A stretch of 64,000 nt of DNA. Origin: an uncultured Desulfobacter sp. (GTDB taxonomy: Bacteria; Desulfobacterota; Desulfobacteria; Desulfobacterales; Desulfobacteraceae). The position numbers and the translations under genes were made by a program. Below the pieces are notes generated by a model that was given only the letters and a program-made list of their open reading frames with translations, had not been told where the DNA came from and searched no databases. Below, one piece after another: positions 1 through 10,261 of the stretch; position 1 is the first letter of the stretch, and every line of letters begins with the position of its first letter. Location: the NCBI GenBank assembly GCA_963665095.1, contig OY762069.1:4224001-4288000 (forward strand), written 5' to 3'.

Positions 1-197
1 AAATTCCGTTTGTCCGTAAAGAGCGGCTGGCCGGTTCGGACATCCTGCCCCTCTTTCACCAGAAGTTTGGGCCGGATAAAAGGGATATCTCCGGTAGAAC
101 AACCCAGGATATCGGGCCGGACAAACCGAATCAGGGAAAGGTCGGGTTGTTCAGCCACATTCAGGTCAAACCCCCGGGATATTTTTAACTCTTCCAT
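1..197 (-). CDS. nqrA: Na(+)-translocating NADH:quinone reductase subunit A, N-terminal part (runs off the window start)
   Basis: Not in the ORF track. Manual translation from ATG at 197 gives MEELKISRGFDLNVAEQPD...IRPKLLVKEGQDVRTGQPLFTDKRN, matching the NqrA N-terminal pattern (GLDL...P.LLVKEGD.V..GQPLF.DK). Confidence 0.85.
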   Translation of the reverse strand, partial: MEELKISRGFDLNVAEQPDLSLIRFVRPDILGCSTGDIPFIRPKLLVKEGQDVRTGQPLFTDKRN

Positions 198-555
198 ATA
201 AAAATTTTCCATTTTTTATTACTGCAGGTGAAAACACACATACTCTCTGCCCGGGACACAATACCATGATCTGGGCAAGGATTGCCGTTTGCAGCCAATG
301 CTAAAGATTGTCGAGTTTTTATAGTACCCTGCTGATTCAAAGATCTTTTTAGTTTAAAGATGCTGATACCCGCCAAAATAAAATGCCGCCGGATGCTTTG
401 TCAAGAGCTGAGAGTTATTCAACATGAGCATGGCCGATACGGCAGATGACAAATTTGATAGTGATCAGGGTTGATTTTCCGGTTTAGAAAGAATAGAAGA
501 AAAAGCTGATTTGCAGAAACAAAACAGGCAATAAATTAAGGATAAATAAAAAAAA

Positions 556-939
556 ATGGTTCAAAAAAATTATGACAGCATCCTCACCCAGGATTTTTTA
601 GACGAACTGCTGCCGCCTGAAAGAAGTGATCAGTTTTTTGACGCATTATATGGTGATGCCTCGGAAGGGGCCTATGATATCAGACTCGAAACCGTCAGTA
701 TCTCCAGCACTCGGATTGTCCTGGCCTTTAATCTGCAGCGCAGGCCCGATAAATGCCTGGTATGCAGCCTCACTTACGGCCTGCCCAATGTGTTTTCCCG
801 CCACCCGCTGATTAACATCAAAGGTATGATTGAAAAAATCAAAGATGCCGGCATACCGGTGAAAGACTGGCGTATAGGTCAGACCGAGGAGAGCTCTGCG
901 GCCCTTCACCTGATCCCTCTATATATTGATGTAAACTGA
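556..939 (+). CDS. Conserved hypothetical protein with a CxxC motif
   Basis: 127 aa ORF after an AAGGA RBS; FFDALYGD and CLVCSLTYGLP motifs. Confidence 0.75.
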   Translation: MVQKNYDSILTQDFLDELLPPERSDQFFDALYGDASEGAYDIRLETVSISSTRIVLAFNLQRRPDKCLVCSLTYGLPNVFSRHPLINIKGMIEKIKDAGIPVKDWRIGQTEESSAALHLIPLYIDVN

Positions 940-1006
940 AATCCTTCCGACCCGGACCCAAAGGCCCATTTAGGTTTCAAATCGTTACGCCGGATTCTAA
1001 AAACAC

Positions 1007-1057
1007 AAAAATAAACCTTTTGCCGTCCCATAAAATAACCGCAAAAGGTTTATTTTT
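1007..1057. terminator. Probable bidirectional terminator hairpin between convergent genes
   Basis: Inverted repeat AAAAATAAACCTTTTGC / GCAAAAGGTTTATTTTT with a 17 nt loop. Confidence 0.55.
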
Positions 1058-1092
1058 TAAAAGTCTGCTTTTCCAAACACGCTGTCCGGATA

Positions 1093-1323
1093 TCAGCCCC
1101 CTGCAACCAGGGGAAAAAGACCGACCGCATCGCCTGCCCGGAGGATCTGATCCGGCATCACTCTTTTGCCATTGATAAAAATCAGGCTGACCGCCCCATC
1201 AGGGACACCTATTATACGGATGAGTTCAGCGGCTGTGGTCCCGTTTTTGACCTCAAGGCGGCCAGACCCCTTTGGATAGAATCTGACAAGGGTACTGAAT
1301 AAATTCAAATAAATTTCAATCAT
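1093..1323 (-). CDS. MoaD/ThiS family sulfur carrier protein
   Basis: 76 aa ubiquitin-like size; INGKR...GDAVGLFPLVAGG with C-terminal GG. Confidence 0.9.
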   Translation of the reverse strand: MIEIYLNLFSTLVRFYPKGSGRLEVKNGTTAAELIRIIGVPDGAVSLIFINGKRVMPDQILRAGDAVGLFPLVAGG

Positions 1324-1416
1324 TATCCGGCTGGCATATACACGGTAAAGCCTTTACGAGCATTGGCTAAGGTATTGCGCGGAAATACATAGCATAATAT
1401 TGCGCTGAATTTTGAT

Positions 1417-1485
1417 CCATATACTGCGTTGCACCAAACGTTTAATAGCAAGCCTATTAAACGTTTGGTGCAACGCAGTATATGG
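1417..1485. repeat. Perfect 32 bp inverted repeat with 5 nt loop
   Basis: CCATATACTGCGTTGCACCAAACGTTTAATAG-caagc-CTATTAAACGTTTGGTGCAACGCAGTATATGG. Confidence 0.9.
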
Positions 1486-1528
1486 GGCAAAGGGCAAGCA
1501 AGAGGTGCTGTTTATTTCTGTGCGATGC

Positions 1529-2059
1529 CTAAGCTTTGGGAAGTTTGGGAAAAGACTTGTTCAACGCCTTATTCCACTCATCCAGTTTGGCTTTGATCTT
1601 CTTGAATACCGAACCTACATTGCCTTTGATGGTGATGCTGTCAATGGTATCTCCCTGGGTTATGCTGTTGACCACTGCCTGGTCGGCTTCGCTTTCCACC
1701 TCTCCGAACACTGTGTGCATTCCGTCCAGGTGGGGGGTGGGCACATGGGTGATGAAAAACTGGCTGCCGTTGGTTGCAGGGCCGGCATTGGCCATGGACA
1801 GGACCCCGGGTTTATCGTGTTTCAGGTCTTTTTTAAACTCATCTTCAAATTCATAGCCCGGGCCGCCCATGCCGTTGCCGTACGGGCATCCCCCCTGGAT
1901 CATAAAATCGGAAATAACCCGGTGAAAGGTCAGGCCGTTGTAATATTCACGTTTGGCCAGGTTGGCAAAATTACCAACGGTGAACGGAACCTTGTCTGCA
2001 AATAGTTTAAGATGGATGGTCCCTTTTGAGGTCTCCATAATCGCTGTCAGGTCTGCCAT
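1529..2059 (-). CDS. Cyclophilin-type peptidyl-prolyl cis-trans isomerase
   Basis: [41 protein letters not shown] motifs. Confidence 0.95.
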   Translation of the reverse strand: MADLTAIMETSKGTIHLKLFADKVPFTVGNFANLAKREYYNGLTFHRVISDFMIQGGCPYGNGMGGPGYEFEDEFKKDLKHDKPGVLSMANAGPATNGSQFFITHVPTPHLDGMHTVFGEVESEADQAVVNSITQGDTIDSITIKGNVGSVFKKIKAKLDEWNKALNKSFPKLPKA

Positions 2060-2430
2060 AGTTTTTCTCCTGCAAGTTATAATTTATTAAACGGCCAGGG
2101 GCCGTGCTGGTTCATGATTTTAATGCCACAGTGGATATAAAATTCCTGCGTAAGGTTTTCTGGGGACTTTCTTATAAAAGCCGGCGGATGTCAAACATAA
2201 AAAAGAAATTCATGATACTTAGGAATAGCGTCGACCAACCAGGCTATGCCCCCCTGCCTTGAAAATAGTGCAAAAAGTAACAACGGATGTTGCCGGACAG
2301 CTGTTGTTTTGACTTAATCTAACTTGACAGGTCTGTGACGTATATGTGAATTATTAGTGTTTTAATCTTGCAGAGGTAAAAAAATTACCTGTATGATCCA
2401 GGGTCTTCTGCAGATTTATTCAACAGGTTC

Positions 2431-4956
2431 ATGGAGCACCGGAAAGCCCCTATGGATACCCAGAAATCAATTCGTTTTCTCAAGGCAGAGAATCTGACCA
2501 CACTGATTGTCTGCTTCTGCCTGACCCTGTTCATAGGGATTATGTCAGCCAGTCTTGTTTTTCTGCGTGCCGACACACAAAAGCAACAGATAAAAGACCT
2601 TAAGGAGGCCCAGGCCACCAAAGCATCCGCCATGTCCGGCTTTTTTGCAGAGCGGGTTACCGATCTGCACGCAATTTCAGCGGCTCCGGAATTTTTTTCC
2701 ATACTGGGAAATCTGACCATGTCAATGGAACCCTGCCCGGATCAGAATTTTGAACCACTCAAAAAAAGCCTGCTGGCCCTTACAGAATCAAAGGTGATTG
2801 GCCACAACCCCATTTATTCCCGTTTGATTTTTATTTCTCCACATGGCGATATTCTTGTGGACACTCAGGAGACACCAGGGCCCATGCCGTCTTTCTGGCC
2901 CCGGATGGTTACTGCCGGGGAAAAAAACTGGCAGATTCTGACAGACGGCCCCTGGATCGCCGTATGCCTGCCGGTTTACTTCAAGACGACCTATGCAGGA
3001 CGGCTGGCTGGTTTTGTAAATATTGGCCCACCTGTTATTCAGGAAGAAAACAACGAAATTAAATTTGCCCTTATGACCGGTGACGGGAAATTAAATCTGC
3101 CCGCCGGCATTTTTTTAAACGGTATGAATAACGGCCTGGCCGATCCTGCCTGGTTCTCGGATAATGAAGCCAGAATTATCAAGGGGGTATGGAATGACAA
3201 ACCCTGTGACCGGATTATCATCTCAAGGATTCAGGTGCCCCAGACACCCTTTTTTATTGTCGGGCTTACCCGGGCCTCCGGTATTTCCCGTGAAATGATG
3301 ATCGGCATTCTGCTGGCTCTGATTCCCCTTTTAGGGGCAGGCATCTTTTTTATCTGGCGCAACTCCACCCTGAAGCTGATTATGCAGATCCGGCTGTCCG
3401 AAGCCCGTGCCGGGGAAGAGCATCTTAAACAGATAGTGGAATTCCTTCCCATCCCCATTGCTGAGTATGATTTTGACCTGAACATCAGATATGCCAATCA
3501 GGCCGGCCTTAAAACCTTTGGGTTTTCACAGGCGGACATTGATAATGGATTAAGCATTCTGCAGCTCCTGGAGGCGGAGGAACGCCACCGCATTTACAAG
3601 TGGACACAGGCTGTAAAAAATGGAAAAAAACAGGTGCCGCTAATTGTCACCACCCGGAGAAAAGACGGCCGGCTGATGTGGGGCCGGGTTATCTCCCAGC
3701 GGATTTTTAAAAACGGATCGTGCATTGGCATGCGCCTTTGCTTTATTGATATGACCGAACAATTTAAAGCTGAGCAGGCATCCCTCAGAGCTGTTGAAAT
3801 GGAAAAATATGTACTGGTTGGACAGGTAGCCGGAAAAATGGCCCATGATTTCAATAATGTATTAGGAGCTATCATGGGGAACGCCGAACTCAGCCTTCTG
3901 GAATGCCAGGACCCGGACACCCAAAACACCTTAGAAATTATCCTTGAGCAGGTGAAACGGGGAAGAATTCTTACCCAGAATCTGGTAGCCTTTGCAAAGG
4001 ACCAGGAAATTACGGAAAAATATTTCAATATCAATGAAAAAATGGATTTGGTGCTCAACCTCTTAAAAAAAGAACTGCGGGGGGTTGAGATTTTCAGGCA
4101 TTACGAGACCGATTTACCGGAACTTCTGGCAGATCCGGGGATGATCGAACATGCCCTGGTCAATCTGATTCAAAATGCCGTGCATGCCATGGCCCAGACT
4201 AAAAGCCCGGAACTCCATCTTTTTACCCGGAACCAGGGAGACAGTCTGCGCATTGCAATACATGACAATGGCTGCGGGGTGCCTGCCGTTTATAAAGACA
4301 AAATATTTTTGCCGGCTTTCACCCTTAAGGGAAGCAGGGATGTGACCCGGGCCTATCCGGAAGACCTGAAAGGAACCGGTTACGGGCTGTCCAATGTGAA
4401 AAAGTATATTGATAAACACAAGGGCACTCTCCGGTTCACCAGCCAAGAGGGTAAAGGAACTCAGTTCACCATTACACTGCCCCTTACGGCAAGGGATCTT
4501 CTCCCCGAAGAAAAAGAGAAACTGGTTGAAAAAAAGCTGGTTAAGAAGAAACATATTCTGATTGTTGAGGATGAAGAGGCCATTGCCCTGGTGTTGGAAA
4601 AAATAATGACCAGCCATCCCTTTCACCACACCGTGGATATTGCCCGGGATGCGGATACCGCATTCAGCCTCTTATCTGAAAAGCATTTTGACCTGATCAG
4701 TCTGGATTATGTGCTTCCGGGCCGGCGCAACGGCCTGGATATTTACGAGCATATCCGAAAGCGCTGGACAACCCTGCCTATAATTTTTATTTCCGGCAAT
4801 TTCCGCTTTCTGGAATCAATGGAAGCCCTCAAGTCAAAAGATCCCTGTGTGGACCACTTGTCCAAGCCCTTTAAAAACCTGGAATATGCTGATAAAGTCA
4901 ATGACTGGCTTCATGTATCAATGACCAGCAAAGACGCGGACAAAAACGATGGATAA
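2431..4956 (+). CDS. Membrane-bound hybrid sensor histidine kinase (periplasmic sensor, PAS, HisKA/HATPase, REC)
   Basis: Two TM segments; H-box AHDFNNVL; NLIQNA, DNGCG and GTGYGL boxes; C-terminal receiver ILIVEDE...SLDYVLPG. Start codon uncertain. Confidence 0.9.
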   Translation: MEHRKAPMDTQKSIRFLKAENLTTLIVCFCLTLFIGIMSASLVFLRADTQKQQIKDLKEAQATKASAMSGFFAERVTDLHAISAAPEFFSILGNLTMSMEPCPDQNFEPLKKSLLALTESKVIGHNPIYSRLIFISPHGDILVDTQETPGPMPSFWPRMVTAGEKNWQILTDGPWIAVCLPVYFKTTYAGRLAGFVNIGPPVIQEENNEIKFALMTGDGKLNLPAGIFLNGMNNGLADPAWFSDNEARIIKGVWNDKPCDRIIISRIQVPQTPFFIVGLTRASGISREMMIGILLALIPLLGAGIFFIWRNSTLKLIMQIRLSEARAGEEHLKQIVEFLPIPIAEYDFDLNIRYANQAGLKTFGFSQADIDNGLSILQLLEAEERHRIYKWTQAVKNGKKQVPLIVTTRRKDGRLMWGRVISQRIFKNGSCIGMRLCFIDMTEQFKAEQASLRAVEMEKYVLVGQVAGKMAHDFNNVLGAIMGNAELSLLECQDPDTQNTLEIILEQVKRGRILTQNLVAFAKDQEITEKYFNINEKMDLVLNLLKKELRGVEIFRHYETDLPELLADPGMIEHALVNLIQNAVHAMAQTKSPELHLFTRNQGDSLRIAIHDNGCGVPAVYKDKIFLPAFTLKGSRDVTRAYPEDLKGTGYGLSNVKKYIDKHKGTLRFTSQEGKGTQFTITLPLTARDLLPEEKEKLVEKKLVKKKHILIVEDEEAIALVLEKIMTSHPFHHTVDIARDADTAFSLLSEKHFDLISLDYVLPGRRNGLDIYEHIRKRWTTLPIIFISGNFRFLESMEALKSKDPCVDHLSKPFKNLEYADKVNDWLHVSMTSKDADKNDG

Positions 4957-6154
4957 ATTACTGCCTCTGGATCTGACCCCTGAAACAGAAATCCGCCAAC
5001 GGATTCATCTGTTAAAAGAGAAGATGGCCCAGGCCGGAATGGACGGCGTATTCATAACTCACCGGCCGGATTACTACTATTTCAGCGGCACAGCCCAGGA
5101 TGCCTGGCTGTATATCACCCTGGACCATGAACCGCTTTTGTTTGTCAGGCGTTACCTGCCCCGGGCTGTGGCTGAGAGCCCTTTAACCCAGATTGTACCG
5201 GTCCAGACGATCACGGAAATACCCCAGATCATCAAGGACAGCCATGGCTGCTTTGCAAAAACCATAGGACTTGCCTTTGATCTTGTGCCGGTCCGGGATT
5301 TCAGATTCTACCAGTCCCTGTTTTTCGGTTCAGCCTGGCAGGATGCCTCCCCTTTAATTCTCTCCTGCCGGGCGGTAAAATCGGGATATGAACTGGGCAT
5401 CCTAGAAAAAACAGCAGAAATATCCAGCAAGGTGTTTGCCTTTATTGCCGGCAATCTGACCCCCGGCATCAGCGAATCCGATCTGGCCGGAAAAATTGAG
5501 GCCTATGCCAGAACCCTTGGCCATTCAGGCCGGCTTCAGATGCGTCATTATCGGTCGGAGGGTCTTTCATGCCATATCATGGGCGGAGCCTGCGGGGGCC
5601 AGCCAGGTGCCCTGGATTCCTCTGTATCGGGCACCGGCGTCTGCACAGCCTGGCCATTTGGTGCCGGCCCCGGGGTGATCAGGAAAAATGACCCTGTTCT
5701 CATTGGTTTCAGCACCATGGCCATGGGCTACCACATGGTCGAATCCAGAATGTTTGTGGCCGGAAAAATGGAGGCCCAGGCCGATGCGGCCAGCCTGGCG
5801 GCCATTGAGATCCTGCATCATATCAAAGATGCCATGAAACCCGGAGTGGCCGTGAAGACCATTTATCAGACATCCATGGCCATGGCAGACAAACTGGGAC
5901 TGGGAGAACAGTTTTTGGGAATTCCGGAATTAAAAGTCAAATCTCTGGGCCACGGCGTTGGTGTTGAGCTGGTGGAATCCCCCATCATTGCCAAAGGACA
6001 CGGCACCACCCTGGAATCCGGCATGGTGATTATCGCCCAGCCTCAATTTATATTTAAGGACCGGTTTGCTGCAGGCATTGAAAGCGCGATCCGGGTGACG
6101 GCCCGGGGCAGCCGGTTCATCAGCCAGACACCCAATAAGGTGTTCTGCGTATAA
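4949..6154 (+). CDS. M24 (Xaa-Pro peptidase / creatinase) family protein with degenerate metal ligands
   Basis: Creatinase-N-like YYFSGTAQ; GHGVGVELVESP; overlaps the kinase stop codon. Confidence 0.85.
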   Translation: MDKLLPLDLTPETEIRQRIHLLKEKMAQAGMDGVFITHRPDYYYFSGTAQDAWLYITLDHEPLLFVRRYLPRAVAESPLTQIVPVQTITEIPQIIKDSHGCFAKTIGLAFDLVPVRDFRFYQSLFFGSAWQDASPLILSCRAVKSGYELGILEKTAEISSKVFAFIAGNLTPGISESDLAGKIEAYARTLGHSGRLQMRHYRSEGLSCHIMGGACGGQPGALDSSVSGTGVCTAWPFGAGPGVIRKNDPVLIGFSTMAMGYHMVESRMFVAGKMEAQADAASLAAIEILHHIKDAMKPGVAVKTIYQTSMAMADKLGLGEQFLGIPELKVKSLGHGVGVELVESPIIAKGHGTTLESGMVIIAQPQFIFKDRFAAGIESAIRVTARGSRFISQTPNKVFCV

Positions 6155-6229
6155 CCGCTGTCTTATATCAGGACAGATCCATATCAAAAACAAAGAAACT
6201 GACGTCAATAAAATACAAGGGAGCCCGCC

Positions 6230-6757
6230 ATGGAACAGAAATTTATCATGACTGCATTCGGCAAAGACCGCCCGGGAATTGCAGCAGACATTGCTGAAAT
6301 CATTTTTGAACATCAGTGCAATCTTGAAGACTCCAATATGGGGCGTCTGGCAGACGAATTTACCCTGATTCTGCTTTTAAGCGGCAAAGGGGAAGACCTG
6401 GAAAAAAGACTGTACATGTCATGCAAACACCTGGAACGGGAAAAGGATATCTTTGTTTTTATACGCCCCCTTGACTATGAATATCCGCAAAAAATCAACG
6501 GCAATCCTTCCGTCCGTATCCTTGTGGAGGGTATTGACCAGACCGGCATCGTATATAAGACCTGCCGGCTTCTGGCCTCCAGTGACATCAATATCGACAC
6601 CCTGTCCTCCAGAAAAAAGCACATTCCCAACAGCGGCACCGTCATATATGCCATGGAGATCAGTGCCGGCCTGCCCAGTGCTGTAAACCGGGAGACCCTG
6701 GAAGAGAGACTGGAAGAGCTGGCCGGTGAACTGAATGTGGAAATTTCGGTATACTGA
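6230..6757 (+). CDS. Tandem ACT-domain protein, GcvR-like
   Basis: GKDRPGIAA and GIDQTGIV ACT motifs. Confidence 0.85.
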   Translation: MEQKFIMTAFGKDRPGIAADIAEIIFEHQCNLEDSNMGRLADEFTLILLLSGKGEDLEKRLYMSCKHLEREKDIFVFIRPLDYEYPQKINGNPSVRILVEGIDQTGIVYKTCRLLASSDINIDTLSSRKKHIPNSGTVIYAMEISAGLPSAVNRETLEERLEELAGELNVEISVY

Positions 6758-6977
6758 CATAGCCGGCCGGGCCGACACCCTTAATTCCCCTAATTAGTGC
6801 CAGGAGAGAAATCCTGAATTGATTTCACTCTCCATTCTGGTGTAATAGAACCAGAATTCAACGCCCCATAATGAGGCACCTGCATCTGAAGATAAGATAT
6901 CATAAAAGCAGGATTCGATCTGCTGTATGTTTCCGGACCTTCAGGATACAGGAGATACAGTAACTTAGGGGGAAGAC

Positions 6978-9900
6978 ATGAGAATATCGATACGATGGGC
7001 GATGGTTCTTGGCTGCCTTGGTCTCATCTGGGGAATGCAGATCCTGATCACTTCGTCCACTTACGTGTCATCCCAGCAGATGCTGGCCGGTCATGCCCGG
7101 GACGTGATGCAGAACATCGCGGATCTGACCATGACCCAGTCAAAAAACCATCTCCAGCTGGCCCAGAGAGCAGCCCATCTGACCAAACGCCTGGTTGCCT
7201 CCGAGGTGGTCGGCAGTGACAACCAGCAGTATGATATTCTGGAACGGTATTTTCTGGACCAGTTATCCTTGTACTCCCATTTCGCCGGTATTTACATCGG
7301 CATGCCCAATGGCGGCTTTTTTTATGTCAGCCGCAGTGACGCCCAAACCCCCGGCGGATTCCGGACCAAGGTGATTGATCATCTCAATGGGGGGAGAAAG
7401 GCCCGTCTGATCTGGCGGAAGCCGGACGGCAGCCTGATAAAAGTGTCTGAGGACCCCAATGACGCGTATGATCCCCGGCAGCGTCCCTGGTATCAGAAAT
7501 CCCTTGCCGAACGGGCCATTATCTGGACGGATCCCTACATTTTCTTTTCATCACAAAAACCAGGCATCACAGTGGCAGGCCCAATTTTCAAAGGAAACGG
7601 CCAGCTACAAAGTATTGTGGGTGTGGATATTGAAATTGATGAACTCTCCACATTTATCAGCCGGTTGCGAATCGGCAAGCATGGCCGGGCCTTTATGCTC
7701 AATAACAACGGTGATGTGGTGGCGTTTCCCGACATTTCCAAAATTAAACAGGACGAGGGCGCCGAAGCGCACCACTTCAGAATGGTTAAAATTGATGAAC
7801 TGGACGATGAACTGAGCCGTGCAGCATTTCATGCCATCCAGTGGCAGCGGACAGAAACCGGCCTTCTGCAGCTCGACCACTCCCAGTTTGCCAAATTCAC
7901 CCACAACGGCGAGGTGTACAACACCATGTTCACCCAGTTTGCAGATTCACACTGGCCCTGGATGATCGGCGTGTATATACCGGAGAATGACTACCTGGGC
8001 GCACTCAAGAAAAATCGGTCACTCAACATCTGGATTACCCTGGTCCTTTCAGTGATTACCACCCTGGTGGGTCTGCAGTTGTTTCGCAGCATCACACGCC
8101 CCCTCATGGGACTGGAGAAAGAGGCGCTTGCCATCAAACAGAATGATCTGACCGCCAGCTTCAATACCCGCTCCATATTTAAAGAGATAGATGAGACCGC
8201 TGCCGCTTTTTCACAGATGAAGGCCTCGCTGCAAACCAGTGAAAAAAAGTATCGCCGGATTTTTGAAAACATTCAGGACATCTACTTTGAATGCACTGTT
8301 GATGGAGATATTCTCGAAGTAAGTCCATCTGTGGAAGCGTTGATCCGTCAGAATCGCAAAGAGATCATCGGGACCAAGCTCATGCAGTTTTATAAAAATG
8401 CCGATGATCACCAGCGTTTTTTATCCAACATCTTTGCTGACGGATCCGTGAGTGACTGGGAGATTACACTGGTAAACGAAGACGGAGGGATCGCCTACGG
8501 CTCGGTTACGGCTACACTGAAACGCAATACCGCCGGTAAAGCTGAAAAAATTATCGGGTCCCTGCGCATTATCACCGACAGAAAAAAAGCCGACCTGAAA
8601 CTGCGGCAGTACCAGGATATGCTGGAGGATCTTGTGGAAGAGCGAACCCGGGATCTGCAGAAAAGCAATAAGCAACTGCGCAATGAAATTGACGCACGAA
8701 TTGAAAAAGAAGAGGCGCTCAGGCGCAGCGAGGAGAAGTACCGGTCCATCATAGAGAATACCAACAACGGCTATTACGAAGTCGATATCAACGGTTGCCT
8801 GACCTTTTTCAACGATTCCCTGGCCCTGATTCTCGGATATCCTGCTGAAGAACTTCAGGGCATGGATTACGCCATTCTGATGGATGCCGATGTCCTACGA
8901 CAGATGCCGGAAAAGCCTTCGGACAGTTACCGGTCCGGGATGAACAGCAACCTGTCCCGCCTGACAATCACCCGCCGGGACGGGAGCCGGCGGACCGTGG
9001 ATGTTTCAACCGAGCCTATTCTTGATAAAAACGGTATCAGGATCGGCCAGAGGGGTGTTGTTCTTGATATCAGCGAGCGGCTAAATGCCGAAATAGAGAA
9101 AAAGAAGCTTGAAGAACGTCTGCATCAAATTCAGCGGCTGGAGGGCATCGGAACCCTGGCCGGCGGCGTGGCCCATGACTTCAACAATCTGCTGATGGGT
9201 ATTCAGGGCAATATATCGTTGATGATGCTTAAACCCGATCTTTCAGAGTATAATTACAACAAACTGAAAAGCATCGAGTCCTGCGTGCTCTCCGGAACCA
9301 AACTCACCCAGCAGCTGCTCGGATTTGCACGGGGCGGCAAGTACGTGGCCAAGGCACTGAATTTTAATCAGATTGTCATAAACACCGCCCGCATGTTCGG
9401 CCGCACGCGCAAGGAGATCCGGATTGAGGAGAATATAGAACACGACCTGTGGGCAATCATGGCCGATAAAAACCAGATTGAACAGGTCCTGCTCAACATT
9501 TACATAAACGCCTGGCAGGCCATGCCCGAGGGGGGCACAGTCCTGATTGATGCCCGGAATATGGTCCTTGATGCCACGTTTTCAAAGGCGTTTGACATTC
9601 AGCCGGGACGATATGTATGCGTGTCAATCTCTGATACCGGCATGGGTATTGACCCTGCAATCCAGGCAAAGATATTTGAGCCGTTCTTCACCACCAAGGG
9701 AATGGGCCGCGGCACAGGGTTGGGTCTTGCCTCTGCCTATGGCATTATCAAGAATCATGACGGTGCCATTGATTTTGTCAGCCAGCCGGGCAAAGGCACC
9801 ACCTTTTATGTGTATCTTCCAGCCTCTGATGCAGATATCGAACCGGACCCAGCACTGTCCGATGCAATTGTCAAAGGGACTGAAACACTTCTGCTCATTG

Positions 9901-10244
9901 ATGATGAAGATGTCATTCTACAGGTGGAGCAACCCATGCTTGAATCGCTGGGGTACAAAGTGATGACCGCATCGGACGGCGGAACAGCGGTGGAGCTCTT
10001 CCGCCGGTTCTCCGGGGAGATTGACCTGGTGATCCTGGATGTAATCATGCCGGGTATGAGCGGCGGTGCGGTTTTCGATGAGTTGAAATCCATCGACCCC
10101 CAGGTCCTGGTGCTGCTCTCCAGTGGATACAGCCTCAGGGGGCAGGCAGAAGAGATCCTGTCACGGGGATGTATCGGTTTTATTCAGAAACCGTTTTCCC
10201 TGGAACAACTCAGCGCCAGGCTTCGCGGCGTATTTGACAATTGA
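6978..10244 (+). CDS. Hybrid sensor histidine kinase (Cache, HAMP, two PAS, HisKA/HATPase, REC)
   Basis: YDPRQRPWY...WTDPY Cache motif; [30 protein letters not shown]; receiver LDVIMPGM. Confidence 0.93.
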   Translation: MRISIRWAMVLGCLGLIWGMQILITSSTYVSSQQMLAGHARDVMQNIADLTMTQSKNHLQLAQRAAHLTKRLVASEVVGSDNQQYDILERYFLDQLSLYSHFAGIYIGMPNGGFFYVSRSDAQTPGGFRTKVIDHLNGGRKARLIWRKPDGSLIKVSEDPNDAYDPRQRPWYQKSLAERAIIWTDPYIFFSSQKPGITVAGPIFKGNGQLQSIVGVDIEIDELSTFISRLRIGKHGRAFMLNNNGDVVAFPDISKIKQDEGAEAHHFRMVKIDELDDELSRAAFHAIQWQRTETGLLQLDHSQFAKFTHNGEVYNTMFTQFADSHWPWMIGVYIPENDYLGALKKNRSLNIWITLVLSVITTLVGLQLFRSITRPLMGLEKEALAIKQNDLTASFNTRSIFKEIDETAAAFSQMKASLQTSEKKYRRIFENIQDIYFECTVDGDILEVSPSVEALIRQNRKEIIGTKLMQFYKNADDHQRFLSNIFADGSVSDWEITLVNEDGGIAYGSVTATLKRNTAGKAEKIIGSLRIITDRKKADLKLRQYQDMLEDLVEERTRDLQKSNKQLRNEIDARIEKEEALRRSEEKYRSIIENTNNGYYEVDINGCLTFFNDSLALILGYPAEELQGMDYAILMDADVLRQMPEKPSDSYRSGMNSNLSRLTITRRDGSRRTVDVSTEPILDKNGIRIGQRGVVLDISERLNAEIEKKKLEERLHQIQRLEGIGTLAGGVAHDFNNLLMGIQGNISLMMLKPDLSEYNYNKLKSIESCVLSGTKLTQQLLGFARGGKYVAKALNFNQIVINTARMFGRTRKEIRIEENIEHDLWAIMADKNQIEQVLLNIYINAWQAMPEGGTVLIDARNMVLDATFSKAFDIQPGRYVCVSISDTGMGIDPAIQAKIFEPFFTTKGMGRGTGLGLASAYGIIKNHDGAIDFVSQPGKGTTFYVYLPASDADIEPDPALSDAIVKGTETLLLIDDEDVILQVEQPMLESLGYKVMTASDGGTAVELFRRFSGEIDLVILDVIMPGMSGGAVFDELKSIDPQVLVLLSSGYSLRGQAEEILSRGCIGFIQKPFSLEQLSARLRGVFDN

Positions 10245-10261
10245 CGGCTTTCATCCCTGTG

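Noticed and set aside
1093..1323. MoaD/ThiS as the sulfur donor for the YcaO enzyme
   Set aside because: It is about 56 kb away with no linkage; a molybdopterin or tungsten cofactor role is simpler.
1412..2005. 197 aa plus-strand ORF
   Set aside because: Antisense to the cyclophilin gene.
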